This document shows positions 1 to 8,789 of a stretch of DNA of 64,000 nucleotides, piece by piece. Under the pieces are notes generated by a model, which saw nothing but the letters and a program-made list of their open reading frames with translations, was not told where the DNA came from and did no database searches. The stretch lies in NCBI GenBank assembly GCA_042568285.1, contig JBHPIX010000001.1, positions 539 to 64,538 on the forward strand, given 5' to 3'. Source of the DNA: Patescibacteria group bacterium. GTDB taxonomy: Bacteria; Patescibacteriota; Patescibacteriia; JAZDEU01. Every line of letters begins with the position of its first letter. Positions within the stretch are counted from its first letter, which is position 1. The position numbers were made by a program, and so were the translations under genes.

Positions 1-97
1 AAAACGCAATTTTTAATTGACAAAAAATAATTAATGTAGTATCATAAAAAATTAAATATGTTCTTTTTTAATAATAATTTTAGACAATAAGGAGTAA

Positions 98-376
98 TTG
101 ATTATGCGAAGAGAAAAAAGGGAATTTTTTGTGGGAAATTGTTATCATACATATCATATTTATTATAATTATATAATAAATAATTCATTGCCACCTATTA
201 AGTGTATTAAATTGATAGAGACGGCTTTGCAAATTAAAAACCTTGATGACATTCTTAGAATAGAAGGATCAATAGTTGGAGAGTTATATGATATGCATAT
301 AAAAGATAAAAAAGATAATTATCCATGTGAAAGTATTATTATGATTAAGACAGAAAAAATCCTTTGTTTAGATTGA
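98..376 (+). CDS. hypothetical small protein (92 aa)
   Basis: ORF followed by a clear hairpin+T-run terminator; no recognisable domain. Confidence 0.25.
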   Translation: MIMRREKREFFVGNCYHTYHIYYNYIINNSLPPIKCIKLIETALQIKNLDDILRIEGSIVGELYDMHIKDKKDNYPCESIIMIKTEKILCLD

Positions 377-392
377 TAATTATAACGCATTA

Positions 393-430
393 AGCCGTTC
401 CTAAATTTTTATAATAGGAACGGTTTTTTT
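393..430 (+). terminator. rho-independent terminator (ccgttcctaaatttttataataggaacgg + T9)
   Basis: perfect 9-bp stem followed by a run of T. Confidence 0.55.
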
Positions 431-435
431 TTATA

Positions 436-468
436 ACCACACACCCCTAGCCCCTCTGATAGAGGGGA
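436..468. repeat. GC-rich hairpin element, copy upstream of tyrS (acacacccctagcccctct-gatag-aggggaa)
   Basis: member of a 9-copy family CCCCT..CCCCTCT/AGAGGGG hairpin found in 5' leaders. Confidence 0.6.
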
Positions 469-569
469 ATTAATATGTATATGCAAAATTATAGTTTTAT
501 GATATTATAATGATATATGATAGCAAAAAATGATGAAAAAATAATTAAAGAATTATTAAGCAGGGGAAA

Positions 570-1757
570 TTGAATTTGAAAAACCAATATATGGCGATAC
601 AGGAAGTTGAATTATTAAGCAGGGGAATTGAAGAGATAATAGATGTAAATTGTTTGAAGAAAAAGCTAAAAAGCGGTAAAAAGCTTAGAATTAAATTTGG
701 AATAGACCCGACGAGCCCGAATATACATATTGGAAGAGCAATACCATTGCTTAAATTAAGGGATTTTCAACAGCTTGGACATAAGATAGTTTTTATAATA
801 GGAGATTTCACTGGAACTATTGGCGATACTTCTGATAAAGACAGCGAAAGACCGATGCTGACTGAAAAGCAGGTTAAAGAGAATATGAAAAGCTATATAG
901 AACAGGCTGGCAAGTTACTGGACATTAAAAAATGCGAGATTCATTATAATAGCGAATGGCTTAAAAAATTAAAGTATCATGAAATTTGCAGGCAAGCTAA
1001 TATATTTTCTTTAAATGAATTTATTTCAAGGGAGAATATTAAAAAAAGATTAGACGGGGGAAAAAGAGTGTCTCTTAGAGAATTGTTGTATCCTCTTATG
1101 CAAGGGTATGATTCTGTTGCCATAAAAGCTGATGTTGAAATTGGAGGGACTGATCAGAGATTTAATCTATTGGCTGGCAGGGAATTACAGCGGAATTATG
1201 AACAGAAAGCTCAGGATATTATAACTAACCCGCTGATAGAAGGTTTAGATGGCAGAAAAATGAGTTCAAGTTGGAATAATACTATAAATTTATTTGATTC
1301 AGCGAATGAAATGTATGGCAAAGTTATGTCCCTTAGTGATGATTTAATTATAAAATATTTTATTTTAACTACTAGAATGGATTTGGATGAAATAGAGAAA
1401 TATAAAAAAGCCATAAAAGCTGGCGGTAATCCAAGGGATTATAAAATGAAATTAGGTTTTAAAATTGTTAAATTATATTATTCAGACAAGGAAGCTAAAA
1501 AAGCTGAAGAATATTTTATAAAAACTTTCAGCAAAAAAGAGGTTCCTGATAAGATGTCTGAAATAAAGCCAAGCAATTATGATGTTATAACAGCGCTTGT
1601 GGAATCTGGAATATGCAAAACAAGAACTGACGTTCGGCGGGTGATTTTGCAAAAAGGAGTTAAATTAAATAAAGAGGTTGTAGCTGATGGTAAAAAAAGT
1701 GTAAAAAAGGGTGATATTATACAAAAAGGCAAGAGGTTTTTTGTTAAAGTAGGGTAA
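570..1757 (+). CDS. tyrS: tyrosyl-tRNA synthetase (class I, with C-terminal S4 domain)
   Basis: HIGH-type motif PNIHIGRAIP, KMSKS-type KMSSS, C-terminal S4-like TRTDVRRVILQKGVKLN; track start is TTG at 570, ATG at 591 is an alternative. Confidence 0.88.
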   Translation: MNLKNQYMAIQEVELLSRGIEEIIDVNCLKKKLKSGKKLRIKFGIDPTSPNIHIGRAIPLLKLRDFQQLGHKIVFIIGDFTGTIGDTSDKDSERPMLTEKQVKENMKSYIEQAGKLLDIKKCEIHYNSEWLKKLKYHEICRQANIFSLNEFISRENIKKRLDGGKRVSLRELLYPLMQGYDSVAIKADVEIGGTDQRFNLLAGRELQRNYEQKAQDIITNPLIEGLDGRKMSSSWNNTINLFDSANEMYGKVMSLSDDLIIKYFILTTRMDLDEIEKYKKAIKAGGNPRDYKMKLGFKIVKLYYSDKEAKKAEEYFIKTFSKKEVPDKMSEIKPSNYDVITALVESGICKTRTDVRRVILQKGVKLNKEVVADGKKSVKKGDIIQKGKRFFVKVG

Positions 1758-1840
1758 TATATAAAAGACACGAAACACGCGAAGGGGAAGTGGAAAACAC
1801 GAAAAGCACGAATGTGGGGAGAGTGTGAGTTTTAAATTTT

Positions 1841-2416
1841 ATGTTTATGGAAAAAAATCAAGATATAAAAAATTTAAACAAAAATATAAAGGAATTAAAT
1901 AAAAGCTTTGGGAAAGCTAATTCATTTAAGCTTTCTTTTTTTAGGGGGCTGATGGTTGGCGTTGGAACAGCGATTGGCGCAACTATTATAGCCGCTATGG
2001 TAGTGACCATTCTGCTCAAAACAATAAAGACAGCTAAAAATATTCCGTTTTTTGGTGAACTTATAGAAACTACGAAAATAGAAAAATTTATTCCGCAGGA
2101 AGATGAAACTGGCGAAATAGAAATCAATGAAGATGAGCAGAATTTGTCTGTTAAAAAAATAGAACAGGAACAGATGTTTGAATCAGCGCGCGCGTATATT
2201 AAAAAATACAGCGCGGAAGGTATGGAAGTAGAACTGTCAATAATTAATCAAGTTGATAAATGGGCTATATTGCAAGTAGTTCCCGTTACCATAGAAACAG
2301 ATAATGCTTCTGTTATTATGGAAAAAGTTGAAGGCAAATGGATCACTCGGGAATTTGGCACTTTTTTATCTCCAGAGTGGATGGATAAAGCCCCTGAATT
2401 ATTTATTGAAGATTAG
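1841..2416 (+). CDS. hypothetical membrane-anchored protein
   Basis: one predicted TM helix (LMVGVGTAIGATIIAAMVVTILL), acidic C-terminal domain. Confidence 0.45.
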   Translation: MFMEKNQDIKNLNKNIKELNKSFGKANSFKLSFFRGLMVGVGTAIGATIIAAMVVTILLKTIKTAKNIPFFGELIETTKIEKFIPQEDETGEIEINEDEQNLSVKKIEQEQMFESARAYIKKYSAEGMEVELSIINQVDKWAILQVVPVTIETDNASVIMEKVEGKWITREFGTFLSPEWMDKAPELFIED

Positions 2417-2472
2417 TAGAGAACAAAAAATTTTGTTCTTCGAAAATTTTGTTCTCCGAATCCATTTAGTAT

Positions 2473-2504
2473 CAAAAAACCGCCCCTTGCGAGGCGGTCT
2501 TTTT
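2473..2504. terminator. bidirectional rho-independent terminator (aaaaaaccgcc-ccttgcga-ggcggtcttttt)
   Basis: 6-bp GC stem flanked by A-run and T-run between convergent genes. Confidence 0.6.
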
Positions 2505-2540
2505 ATGACAAATAGTTTTGTCATTGAATTTGTTTTGCTA

Positions 2541-2807
2541 TTAGAAGTTGTTTCTAGGTCTCATTGGACGAGCTTCGTTTACTGTTAATGTTCGTCCGTC
2601 AAGTTCTTTACCATTCCACATTTCTATAGCTGTTTCAGCTTCGTCGTCATTTGTCATTTCTACGAAACCAAAACCTTTTGAGCGTCCTGACATTTTATCC
2701 ATAATTATAACAGATGAGTCAACACTGCCAGCTTGGGCAAATGCGTCTTTTAAGGAATCCTCAGTTGTGTTATAAGAAATGCCACCGACGAATAATTTTT
2801 TAGCCAT
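2541..2807 (-). CDS. RRM-type RNA-binding protein
   Basis: RNP-2 LFVGGISY and RNP-1 KGFGFVEM motifs, 88 aa. Confidence 0.85.
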   Translation of the reverse strand: MAKKLFVGGISYNTTEDSLKDAFAQAGSVDSSVIIMDKMSGRSKGFGFVEMTNDDEAETAIEMWNGKELDGRTLTVNEARPMRPRNNF

Positions 2808-3119
2808 AATACTTTAAGAAAATTGTATAGTCAAAGATTTAAAATTTATATTATAAATATAAAAATTAAATTTTGCTATTTATTATATTGTAAGTCGACC
2901 TATTTTCTTGGATTATCCGCGCGCTATCCAGTTTTAGGACTTCGCGCGGTGGTTCCCGTTTTCTAAGACCAAAAAATTATTTGTCTTAATGCTATATTGC
3001 ATGTGGGGCTTGCCCCAGTGAAAGGGAAGAGTTAAGAATACTTACAATCTTTATTATACATTATTTTTATAAAATGTCAATAGGTTGCGAAAAAAGGGAG
3101 TTTTTGTTAAGATAGTGTT

Positions 3120-3710
3120 ATGGAAGAGATAGAAGTAAAATTTTTAAATATTAACCCAGTTGAGATAGAGAATAAGTTGAAAAAGCTGGGGGCAGATAGG
3201 CAATTTGAGCGACTTTATAGGCGACGCGTTTTTGATTATCCTGATTTGAGATTAGATAAGCAGGGCGCGTGGCTACGGCTTAGGGATGAGGGTGATAGCA
3301 TTAAATTAGCTTTTAAACAAAGGATTGGAATGTCTAATTTTGATGGAAAATTAAATGATATCGGTATGGAGGAAATAGAAATTGAAGTTAGCGATTTTGA
3401 TAAAACAGCTGATATTTTGTTAAAAAGCGGATTAAAGGAAAAATTTTATCAGGAAAATAAGAGAATAAGGTATGTTTTTGATAATATTGAATTTGATATA
3501 GATTTTTGGCCAAAGCTTGATCCGTATTTAGAAATAGAAGCTACAAGCTGGGATGATATTGATCGCGGAATTAAGCTTTTAGGATTAAACCCAGACGATA
3601 AGAAAATTTTTTCAACGAATCGGATTTATAAACTTAAAGGAATAGAAATTTTAGATTATAAAATAACTACTTTTGAACGGATGGTTAAAGGGGATAATAA
3701 AATGTTTTAG
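3120..3710 (+). CDS. CYTH-domain protein (class IV adenylate cyclase / triphosphatase fold)
   Basis: N-terminal EIEVKFL signature and overall 196-aa length typical of CYTH. Confidence 0.55.
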   Translation: MEEIEVKFLNINPVEIENKLKKLGADRQFERLYRRRVFDYPDLRLDKQGAWLRLRDEGDSIKLAFKQRIGMSNFDGKLNDIGMEEIEIEVSDFDKTADILLKSGLKEKFYQENKRIRYVFDNIEFDIDFWPKLDPYLEIEATSWDDIDRGIKLLGLNPDDKKIFSTNRIYKLKGIEILDYKITTFERMVKGDNKMF

Positions 3711-3767
3711 AATAATAACTCATACACGGATGTCTTATTTGTAAGATAGGATATTTGTATGTAAGGA

Positions 3768-3908
3768 AAAGAATCCCCCTGTCCCTCCCGGTCATCCGAC
3801 AGGACTTCGCCTTTATAAAAGGGGGAACTAGAGGAATTAGTTCGATTAGTTCCTCCCTCTGTGCCTGCCCGCCGAATTGGAGGGAGGGGGGACAGGGGGA
3901 TTCTTTAA
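3768..3908. repeat. 140-bp palindromic element with 20-bp perfect terminal inverted repeats (gaatccccctgtccctccc ... gggaggggggacagggggattc)
   Basis: read directly; internal sub-palindromes; GC-rich island in AT-rich DNA. Confidence 0.6.
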
Positions 3909-3944
3909 ATAAGTTCTTTAAACAATAAAAGATGTAAAACCATT

Positions 3945-4008
3945 AACAAAAAGGTCGTTGTCGCCCGCCGAATCGGCGAGGCTACGGCGGACCAAAGGAG
4001 GATTGATA
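3945..4008 (+). promoter_or_regulatory. conserved 5' leader motif (variant) ggtcg-tgtcgcccgccgaatcggcgaggctacggcggaccaaaggagg preceding pyrC start
   Basis: related to the ggtcgccgtcgcaaagctatggctgacaaaaggag leader found at 3 other genes. Confidence 0.35.
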
Positions 4009-5097
4009 ATGAAAGAGAATCAAGAACTAACAGAAATAATTGTCCCAAAATTTTTTGACGCGCACGCTCATCTGCGGGAAAAAGACATTCAGAATAATAT
4101 ATTATGGATTGTTTTAAAAGAAATGGTTAAATATTGTTTTGGCGCTGTGGTAATGCCAAATCTTTCTAGGCCAGTTTGTAATATAGAAGATGTTGGGTTT
4201 TATTCTAACAATATTAAGGAAAATTTAAAATGGATAAACAGTAGATATTCATCGTCTGAATTCCAAACTGTAATGACAATACAGCTTACTGACATTGAAA
4301 AAAAATATTTATGCAAAGCGACAACTCCAGAAATAATTTTAAAAGCGCATCAAGGCGGAGTAAAAGCGGGTAAAGCGTATCCTGTCGGCGCTACAACAAA
4401 TTCTGCAAGAGGCATAAAGAATTTTCGTTCGCAGGCGATGAAGATGGTTTGGAAAACTATGGAAGATCTTGGCATGCGAGCGCTTCTACATCCTGAACAG
4501 CCCGGCGTTTTTTGTATGGATAAAGAGAAAAAGTTTTTTGATACAGTAAGGTGGTTAGTTGATAAGTATCCAAAACTTAAAATAGTGTTGGAGCATATAA
4601 CAAGCGCTGAAGCAGTTAATTTTGTTAAGCAATTGCCTGATACAGTAAAAGCTACTATTACGGCTCATCATTTAATTTTAACATTAGATGATATTATCGG
4701 TGGCAAATTGCATCCGCATAATTTCTGCCATCCTATACCAAAACGACCTAAAGATAGGGATGCGTTAATTCAAGCCGCTATTAGCGGCAATCCTAAATTT
4801 TTCTTTGGTAGCGATAGAGCTCCGCATTTAAAAAAAAATAAAGAATGCGCCACTGGTTCTGCTGGCGTTTATTCTGGACCTGTTGTTCCTTCAATATTAG
4901 CTAAAATTTTTGCTGATAATTACGCAATTGATAAGTTAAAAGATTTTACTTCTACTTTCGCGTCTGATTTTTATGATATTACTCCTTCTACTAAAACTAT
5001 AAAGATAGTTAAAGAACCGTGGCGGGTTCCTAAAATGTATGACGAAATTGTTCCTTTTCTCGCAGACCAGACTCTTGATTGGCGGCTTGCGGATTAA
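4009..5097 (+). CDS. pyrC: dihydroorotase (type II, PyrC-like)
   Basis: FDAHAHLR metal-binding motif; GSDRAPHLKKNKECATGSAGVYSGP matches E. coli PyrC [25 protein letters not shown]; start taken at MKENQ (track ORF begins 3958 inside the leader). Confidence 0.75.
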   Translation: MKENQELTEIIVPKFFDAHAHLREKDIQNNILWIVLKEMVKYCFGAVVMPNLSRPVCNIEDVGFYSNNIKENLKWINSRYSSSEFQTVMTIQLTDIEKKYLCKATTPEIILKAHQGGVKAGKAYPVGATTNSARGIKNFRSQAMKMVWKTMEDLGMRALLHPEQPGVFCMDKEKKFFDTVRWLVDKYPKLKIVLEHITSAEAVNFVKQLPDTVKATITAHHLILTLDDIIGGKLHPHNFCHPIPKRPKDRDALIQAAISGNPKFFFGSDRAPHLKKNKECATGSAGVYSGPVVPSILAKIFADNYAIDKLKDFTSTFASDFYDITPSTKTIKIVKEPWRVPKMYDEIVPFLADQTLDWRLAD

Positions 5098-5112
5098 GTA
5101 TTTATAAAAAAA

Positions 5113-5148
5113 ATAGGCGATGAATAAATAAATATTCATCGCCTTTTA
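5113..5148. terminator. bidirectional terminator (ggcgatgaataaataaatattcatcgcc + T/A runs)
   Basis: 10-bp stem between convergent pyrC and phosphoesterase genes. Confidence 0.55.
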
Positions 5149-5173
5149 AAATAGCTGGGGAGCTTATAGATTA

Positions 5174-6310
5174 TTAAAGATCGGGAAGTGGATCATAAGG
5201 TATCCTGCCTAATGTTATTTCATATTTTGGCATTTCAATGATAGCGTAATTTCTGCCTTGAATGATATCTCCTGGATTAAGGAATATGACATTTATATCC
5301 TCCTCATAAAAAGCATCGTGAGTAAAACCTGATAAAATAAATTTCACCTGTGAATGTTCTCTTTGGATTTGGCGCGCTAAACAATTCATATCAAACTCGG
5401 ATTTAGATATGAGATCAGATCCTAAATCCCAGTGAACAAAAAATCCATAGCCTTTAATAGGAGTTATTTTGTCTTCTATTTTATGCCAATTTTTAAATGT
5501 TTGTGTTTGTATTTGCCTTTGTATCAAGCTATAGTGTACTTGGAATTTATCTAATTCAGAAATACCTATGTCATCTAAGTTAATATTGCCACAGTGTATA
5601 ATATCTGTGACATTTCTTTCTAAAAAAAGATTTCTTAGTTTTTCCCAAAAAGTAGGATCTTTTTTAGATATGTCCGCGCTATCTGAAATTATAGCTACTT
5701 TTAATTCTGGCGCTATACTCTGGCACATAGGTATTCTGCTATAAATTATTTCCTCTTTTTCAGTATCAATTATGGCATAACCGCAACCGCCTGCTATGCC
5801 CATAGGATTTTCTATAGCGCCGGGATTAATAAATGTAATCAATCTGTATTTAAGACAAATTTGATGGTGAGTGTGTCCTGAAAACATATATCGCACATTA
5901 TCATACTCTTTTCTTATCTCATCGAGCGTTTCCTTTAGTTTTGCTTCAGATCCCCTAAGTAATTCAAAAGACCTTTTATGACCTACATATACTCTAGTTT
6001 TTTCTTTTAATTTGCGCAAATCAACAATCCTCTCATTAGGGTGAGTGAATGTCCAATTATTAGGAGGAGAACAAAATGGTATATTATTCCTGTCTTTTGT
6101 CTTTTTTTCAGACTGGCAAAGTTGTGTCTGCTCATCTGTCAACGCGCAGAATACAGGTAAGTTGCCAAATAATTTTTTATTTACATGATTTTTTGATATA
6201 TCTCCGCAGTGTATAATTATTTCTACTCCATATCTTTTAAATATTTCTATTATATGACGAGTAGCTTTTTGCTTATCTCCATGAGTATCTGAAAGTATTC
6301 CTAGTTTCAT
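5174..6310 (-). CDS. tandem-domain calcineurin-like metallophosphoesterase (two YfcE/MJ0936-type domains)
   Basis: two copies of ILSDTHGD ... IIHCGDI type motifs; start taken at MKLGILSDTHGD. Confidence 0.65.
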   Translation of the reverse strand: MKLGILSDTHGDKQKATRHIIEIFKRYGVEIIIHCGDISKNHVNKKLFGNLPVFCALTDEQTQLCQSEKKTKDRNNIPFCSPPNNWTFTHPNERIVDLRKLKEKTRVYVGHKRSFELLRGSEAKLKETLDEIRKEYDNVRYMFSGHTHHQICLKYRLITFINPGAIENPMGIAGGCGYAIIDTEKEEIIYSRIPMCQSIAPELKVAIISDSADISKKDPTFWEKLRNLFLERNVTDIIHCGNINLDDIGISELDKFQVHYSLIQRQIQTQTFKNWHKIEDKITPIKGYGFFVHWDLGSDLISKSEFDMNCLARQIQREHSQVKFILSGFTHDAFYEEDINVIFLNPGDIIQGRNYAIIEMPKYEITLGRIPYDPLPDL

Positions 6311-6362
6311 CTTTTTTCTCCTTTTGTCAGCCATAGCTTTGCGACGGCGACCTTTTTGGTTA
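6311..6362 (-). promoter_or_regulatory. conserved 5' leader motif (reverse-strand copy) ggtcgccgtcgcaaagctatggctgacaaaaggag
   Basis: reverse complement of cttttgtcagccatagctttgcgacggcgacc read directly. Confidence 0.45.
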
Positions 6363-6434
6363 AAAATATTAAGTGATTGTTGTCGAAAAGAGCATTCGGC
6401 AACAGTTACAATTAGATAAAAAAAAATTGTAAAG

Positions 6435-6560
6435 AGCTATAATAATAATCCAAATCTCCGAATACCCGCCCGAACGACTGAATGGTTCAGTCGGGCAGGT
6501 ATCCGAATGACCCGAAAAATCCCTGCCTGACGGCAGGCAGGCGAATTACAATCCGAATGC
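6435..6560. repeat. GC-rich palindromic repeat block (ccgaatacccgcccgaacgactgaatggttcagtcgggcaggtatccgaatgac...ccctgcctgacggcaggcagg)
   Basis: nested inverted repeats, related tcaggcgggtatc copy at about 16240. Confidence 0.5.
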
Positions 6561-6687
6561 TCATTATATAGATTAGTATAACAGTAATATAAAAAAAAAT
6601 ATTTGTCAATATTGCGCTTATTATAAAAAGATTGTAAGGTTATGGGTAATAATATATAGTTCTTATAATTAGAATTTTACCCTTTTT

Positions 6688-6789
6688 GTCATTCCGCGCT
6701 TGACGCGGAATCTAGTGTTAAACTTGATGTTAGATCCCGCCAGTCTCGACTAGCTCGAGCCTAGGCGGACATCAAGTGCGGGATGACAA
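6688..6789. repeat. composite palindromic repeat R-family copy (gtcattccgcgcttgacgcggaat ... tccgcctaggctcgagctagtcgagactggcggg ... gcgggatgaca)
   Basis: same modules recur at 13486, 35552, 51626. Confidence 0.7.
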
Positions 6790-6850
6790 TTCCCCATTAT
6801 AGGAGGACTGAACATTGATAATTAAAGAGTAAAGGGATTTTTTTAAAACA

Positions 6851-6892
6851 GAACCCCACCCTGTCCCTCCCCTCAAAGGGGAGGGAACTATG
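6851..6892. repeat. GC-rich hairpin element copy (ccccaccctgtccctcccctc-aaa-ggggagggaactat)
   Basis: family member, upstream of pyrD-pyrK. Confidence 0.6.
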
Positions 6893-6902
6893 TGCCAAGG
6901 CA

Positions 6903-6957
6903 TAATTTTAAAAAAGGTCGCCGTCGCAAAGCTATGGCTGACAAAAGGAGAAATTAG
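6903..6957 (+). promoter_or_regulatory. conserved 5' leader motif ggtcgccgtcgcaaagctatggctgacaaaaggag + ATG
   Basis: identical 35-nt string also at 8745 and reverse at 6311. Confidence 0.45.
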
Positions 6958-8586
6958 ATGAACAAAAATTTTTGGAAACCGCCGTATTATTATTTTGACA
7001 AAAAAGTGAGAGGACCTTTTACTATACCAGCAGGTATAGTAACAACAAGAAAGGAGATTATTGAACTTATAGCATGGGAAATTCCAGAAGTTGGCATATT
7101 AACAACAAAGAGCACGAGTTTAAACCCGCGCGAGGGAAAAAAGGAGCCGATTATAGGATATGCTGGTCAATATTCTTTATTTAATGAAGTGAGATTAGCT
7201 AATCTGGGAGCAGAAAAAACAGCTGAATTTTTATCTAAACTAAATATTCCAAAAAATAAAGCTATAGTTGGCTCTGTTATTGGAAGTACTCCCGAAGAAG
7301 TCAAATCTGTCGCAGTAATATTGGCGCCGTATGTTGATGTTATTGAAATCAATGTGTCTTGTCCGAATGATGAAAAAGCAGGATTGGCAGTAGGTCAAGA
7401 CGCTATTCTTGTCCATAAAATAGTAAGCGCGGTAGTTGATGCTGTTAAACCAAAACCTGTAACAGTAAAGATCGCGGCAAGTTTGGATATTTATTCTGTA
7501 GTAGTGGTTTCTAAAGAGGCAGGCGCTTCTGGAATTGTAGCGATAAATACAGATGGGCCTAAGGAATATAACCATAATGGACATTTAGTTTTGAAAGGAG
7601 GAGAATCTGGCGAAAAGATTTTTAAGCTGCTTTTAAGAACCGTTAAAACATTGCAAGGGCTTCTTTCTGTTTGTCCTAATATTTATCCTTGCGGAGGAAT
7701 TGGATCAGCAAGACAAATACGGACATTAGTTGAAGCTAAAGCGCAGTTTGTAGGAACAGGGATTGGTACAGCTATTGGGGGTATGCGCTTGCAAGAAAAG
7801 AAATTGTTTTTTAACATATTGATGGATGATCTGCGAAAGGGGAAAAATAACGCAAAAGAATTTCGGCACGATTTTTCTGAAATGAAATATAGAAAACGTA
7901 CAGTTACGGGGATTAAAGAAATTTCAGAAGATGTTTTTACCATTACATTAAACGGAACTATTAAAATAAATCCAGGTCAATTTATTTTTGCAATGATTCC
8001 TGAAAAAGGAGAGAAGCCATTTTCCGCGCTGGATGTAAATAGTAAAAGTTTTTCTCTGTTAATTCAAAAAAGGAGATATTTTACTAAGGAATTGTCAGAG
8101 CTTAATAATGGAGATGATATTTATATCAGAGGACCGCATGGAAGATCTCCGCGACTTCAAGGTAGAATTTTATTAGTTGGAGGAGGAACTGGAGTAGCTG
8201 GATTATATCTTTTTGCTAAAGAATATAAAAATACATTTGCCATTTTAGGAGCTAAAGAAAAAATTCCTTATTTTGGCATGTTTTCTACTTTTTGCAAGAA
8301 AGTCTTACCAATTATTGAAAATCAGGAAGAAAGGAGAAGATTAGTTACAGATTGTTTAGATTATTTTATAGAAAGTATTAAACCAGATTATGTGTTAAAT
8401 TGCGGTCCGAAAGAGATGGTGATGAAAGCTATAGAGATTGAAAGGAAGTATTTATCTGAGGATAAAATTTTATCTGCAACAGAGGAGATTACTAAATGTG
8501 GCGAGAGTGTTTGTGGCAGTTGCGCTACTCCAAAAGGGTATTGTAGTTGTGTTGATGGACCGTTTATGACGGCGGATAAGATATAA
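6958..8586 (+). CDS. pyrD: dihydroorotate dehydrogenase 1B catalytic subunit fused to PyrK-like electron-transfer (FAD/NAD-binding, Fe-S) subunit
   Basis: N-terminal DHODH TIM-barrel motifs (INVSCPN, AINTDGP); C-terminal ferredoxin-reductase-like part with LLVGGGTGVAG and CGESVCGSCATPKGYCSC cluster. Confidence 0.7.
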   Translation: MNKNFWKPPYYYFDKKVRGPFTIPAGIVTTRKEIIELIAWEIPEVGILTTKSTSLNPREGKKEPIIGYAGQYSLFNEVRLANLGAEKTAEFLSKLNIPKNKAIVGSVIGSTPEEVKSVAVILAPYVDVIEINVSCPNDEKAGLAVGQDAILVHKIVSAVVDAVKPKPVTVKIAASLDIYSVVVVSKEAGASGIVAINTDGPKEYNHNGHLVLKGGESGEKIFKLLLRTVKTLQGLLSVCPNIYPCGGIGSARQIRTLVEAKAQFVGTGIGTAIGGMRLQEKKLFFNILMDDLRKGKNNAKEFRHDFSEMKYRKRTVTGIKEISEDVFTITLNGTIKINPGQFIFAMIPEKGEKPFSALDVNSKSFSLLIQKRRYFTKELSELNNGDDIYIRGPHGRSPRLQGRILLVGGGTGVAGLYLFAKEYKNTFAILGAKEKIPYFGMFSTFCKKVLPIIENQEERRRLVTDCLDYFIESIKPDYVLNCGPKEMVMKAIEIERKYLSEDKILSATEEITKCGESVCGSCATPKGYCSCVDGPFMTADKI

Positions 8587-8744
8587 AACAATGAAGAATA
8601 TTTATTATTGTTTTAAACGCCCCGCTGATTAACGCGGATATTAAGCCGCAAGAAATGCTATTGAATTTTCGTTAAATTTTTGAGGCGCGGCTTGACGCTG
8701 ATATACGCGGATATGTGACAGTAATTGTAACTGGTGAGTTAACA

Positions 8745-8789
8745 AAAGGTCGCCGTCGCAAAAGCTATGGCGAACCAAAGGAGAAAGAA
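8745..8789 (+). promoter_or_regulatory. conserved 5' leader motif ggtcgccgtcgcaaaagctatggcgaaccaaaggag
   Basis: third forward copy. Confidence 0.45.

Noticed and set aside
1211-1771. Minus-strand ORFs (67 and 64 aa) inside tyrS
   Set aside because: Antisense to a well-supported conserved gene, low-complexity translations.
2810-3120. 310-bp non-coding region with GC hairpins as possible RNase P or SRP RNA
   Set aside because: Lacks the conserved RNase P CR-I/CR-V strings (GAAAGUCCGG, ACAGAAnCCGGCUUA) and the SRP domain IV motif; too short for RNase P.
3945-8789. Conserved leader as a PyrR binding loop
   Set aside because: Does not match the PyrR anti-antiterminator consensus (UCCAGAGAGGCU), and two of the four genes are not pyrimidine genes.
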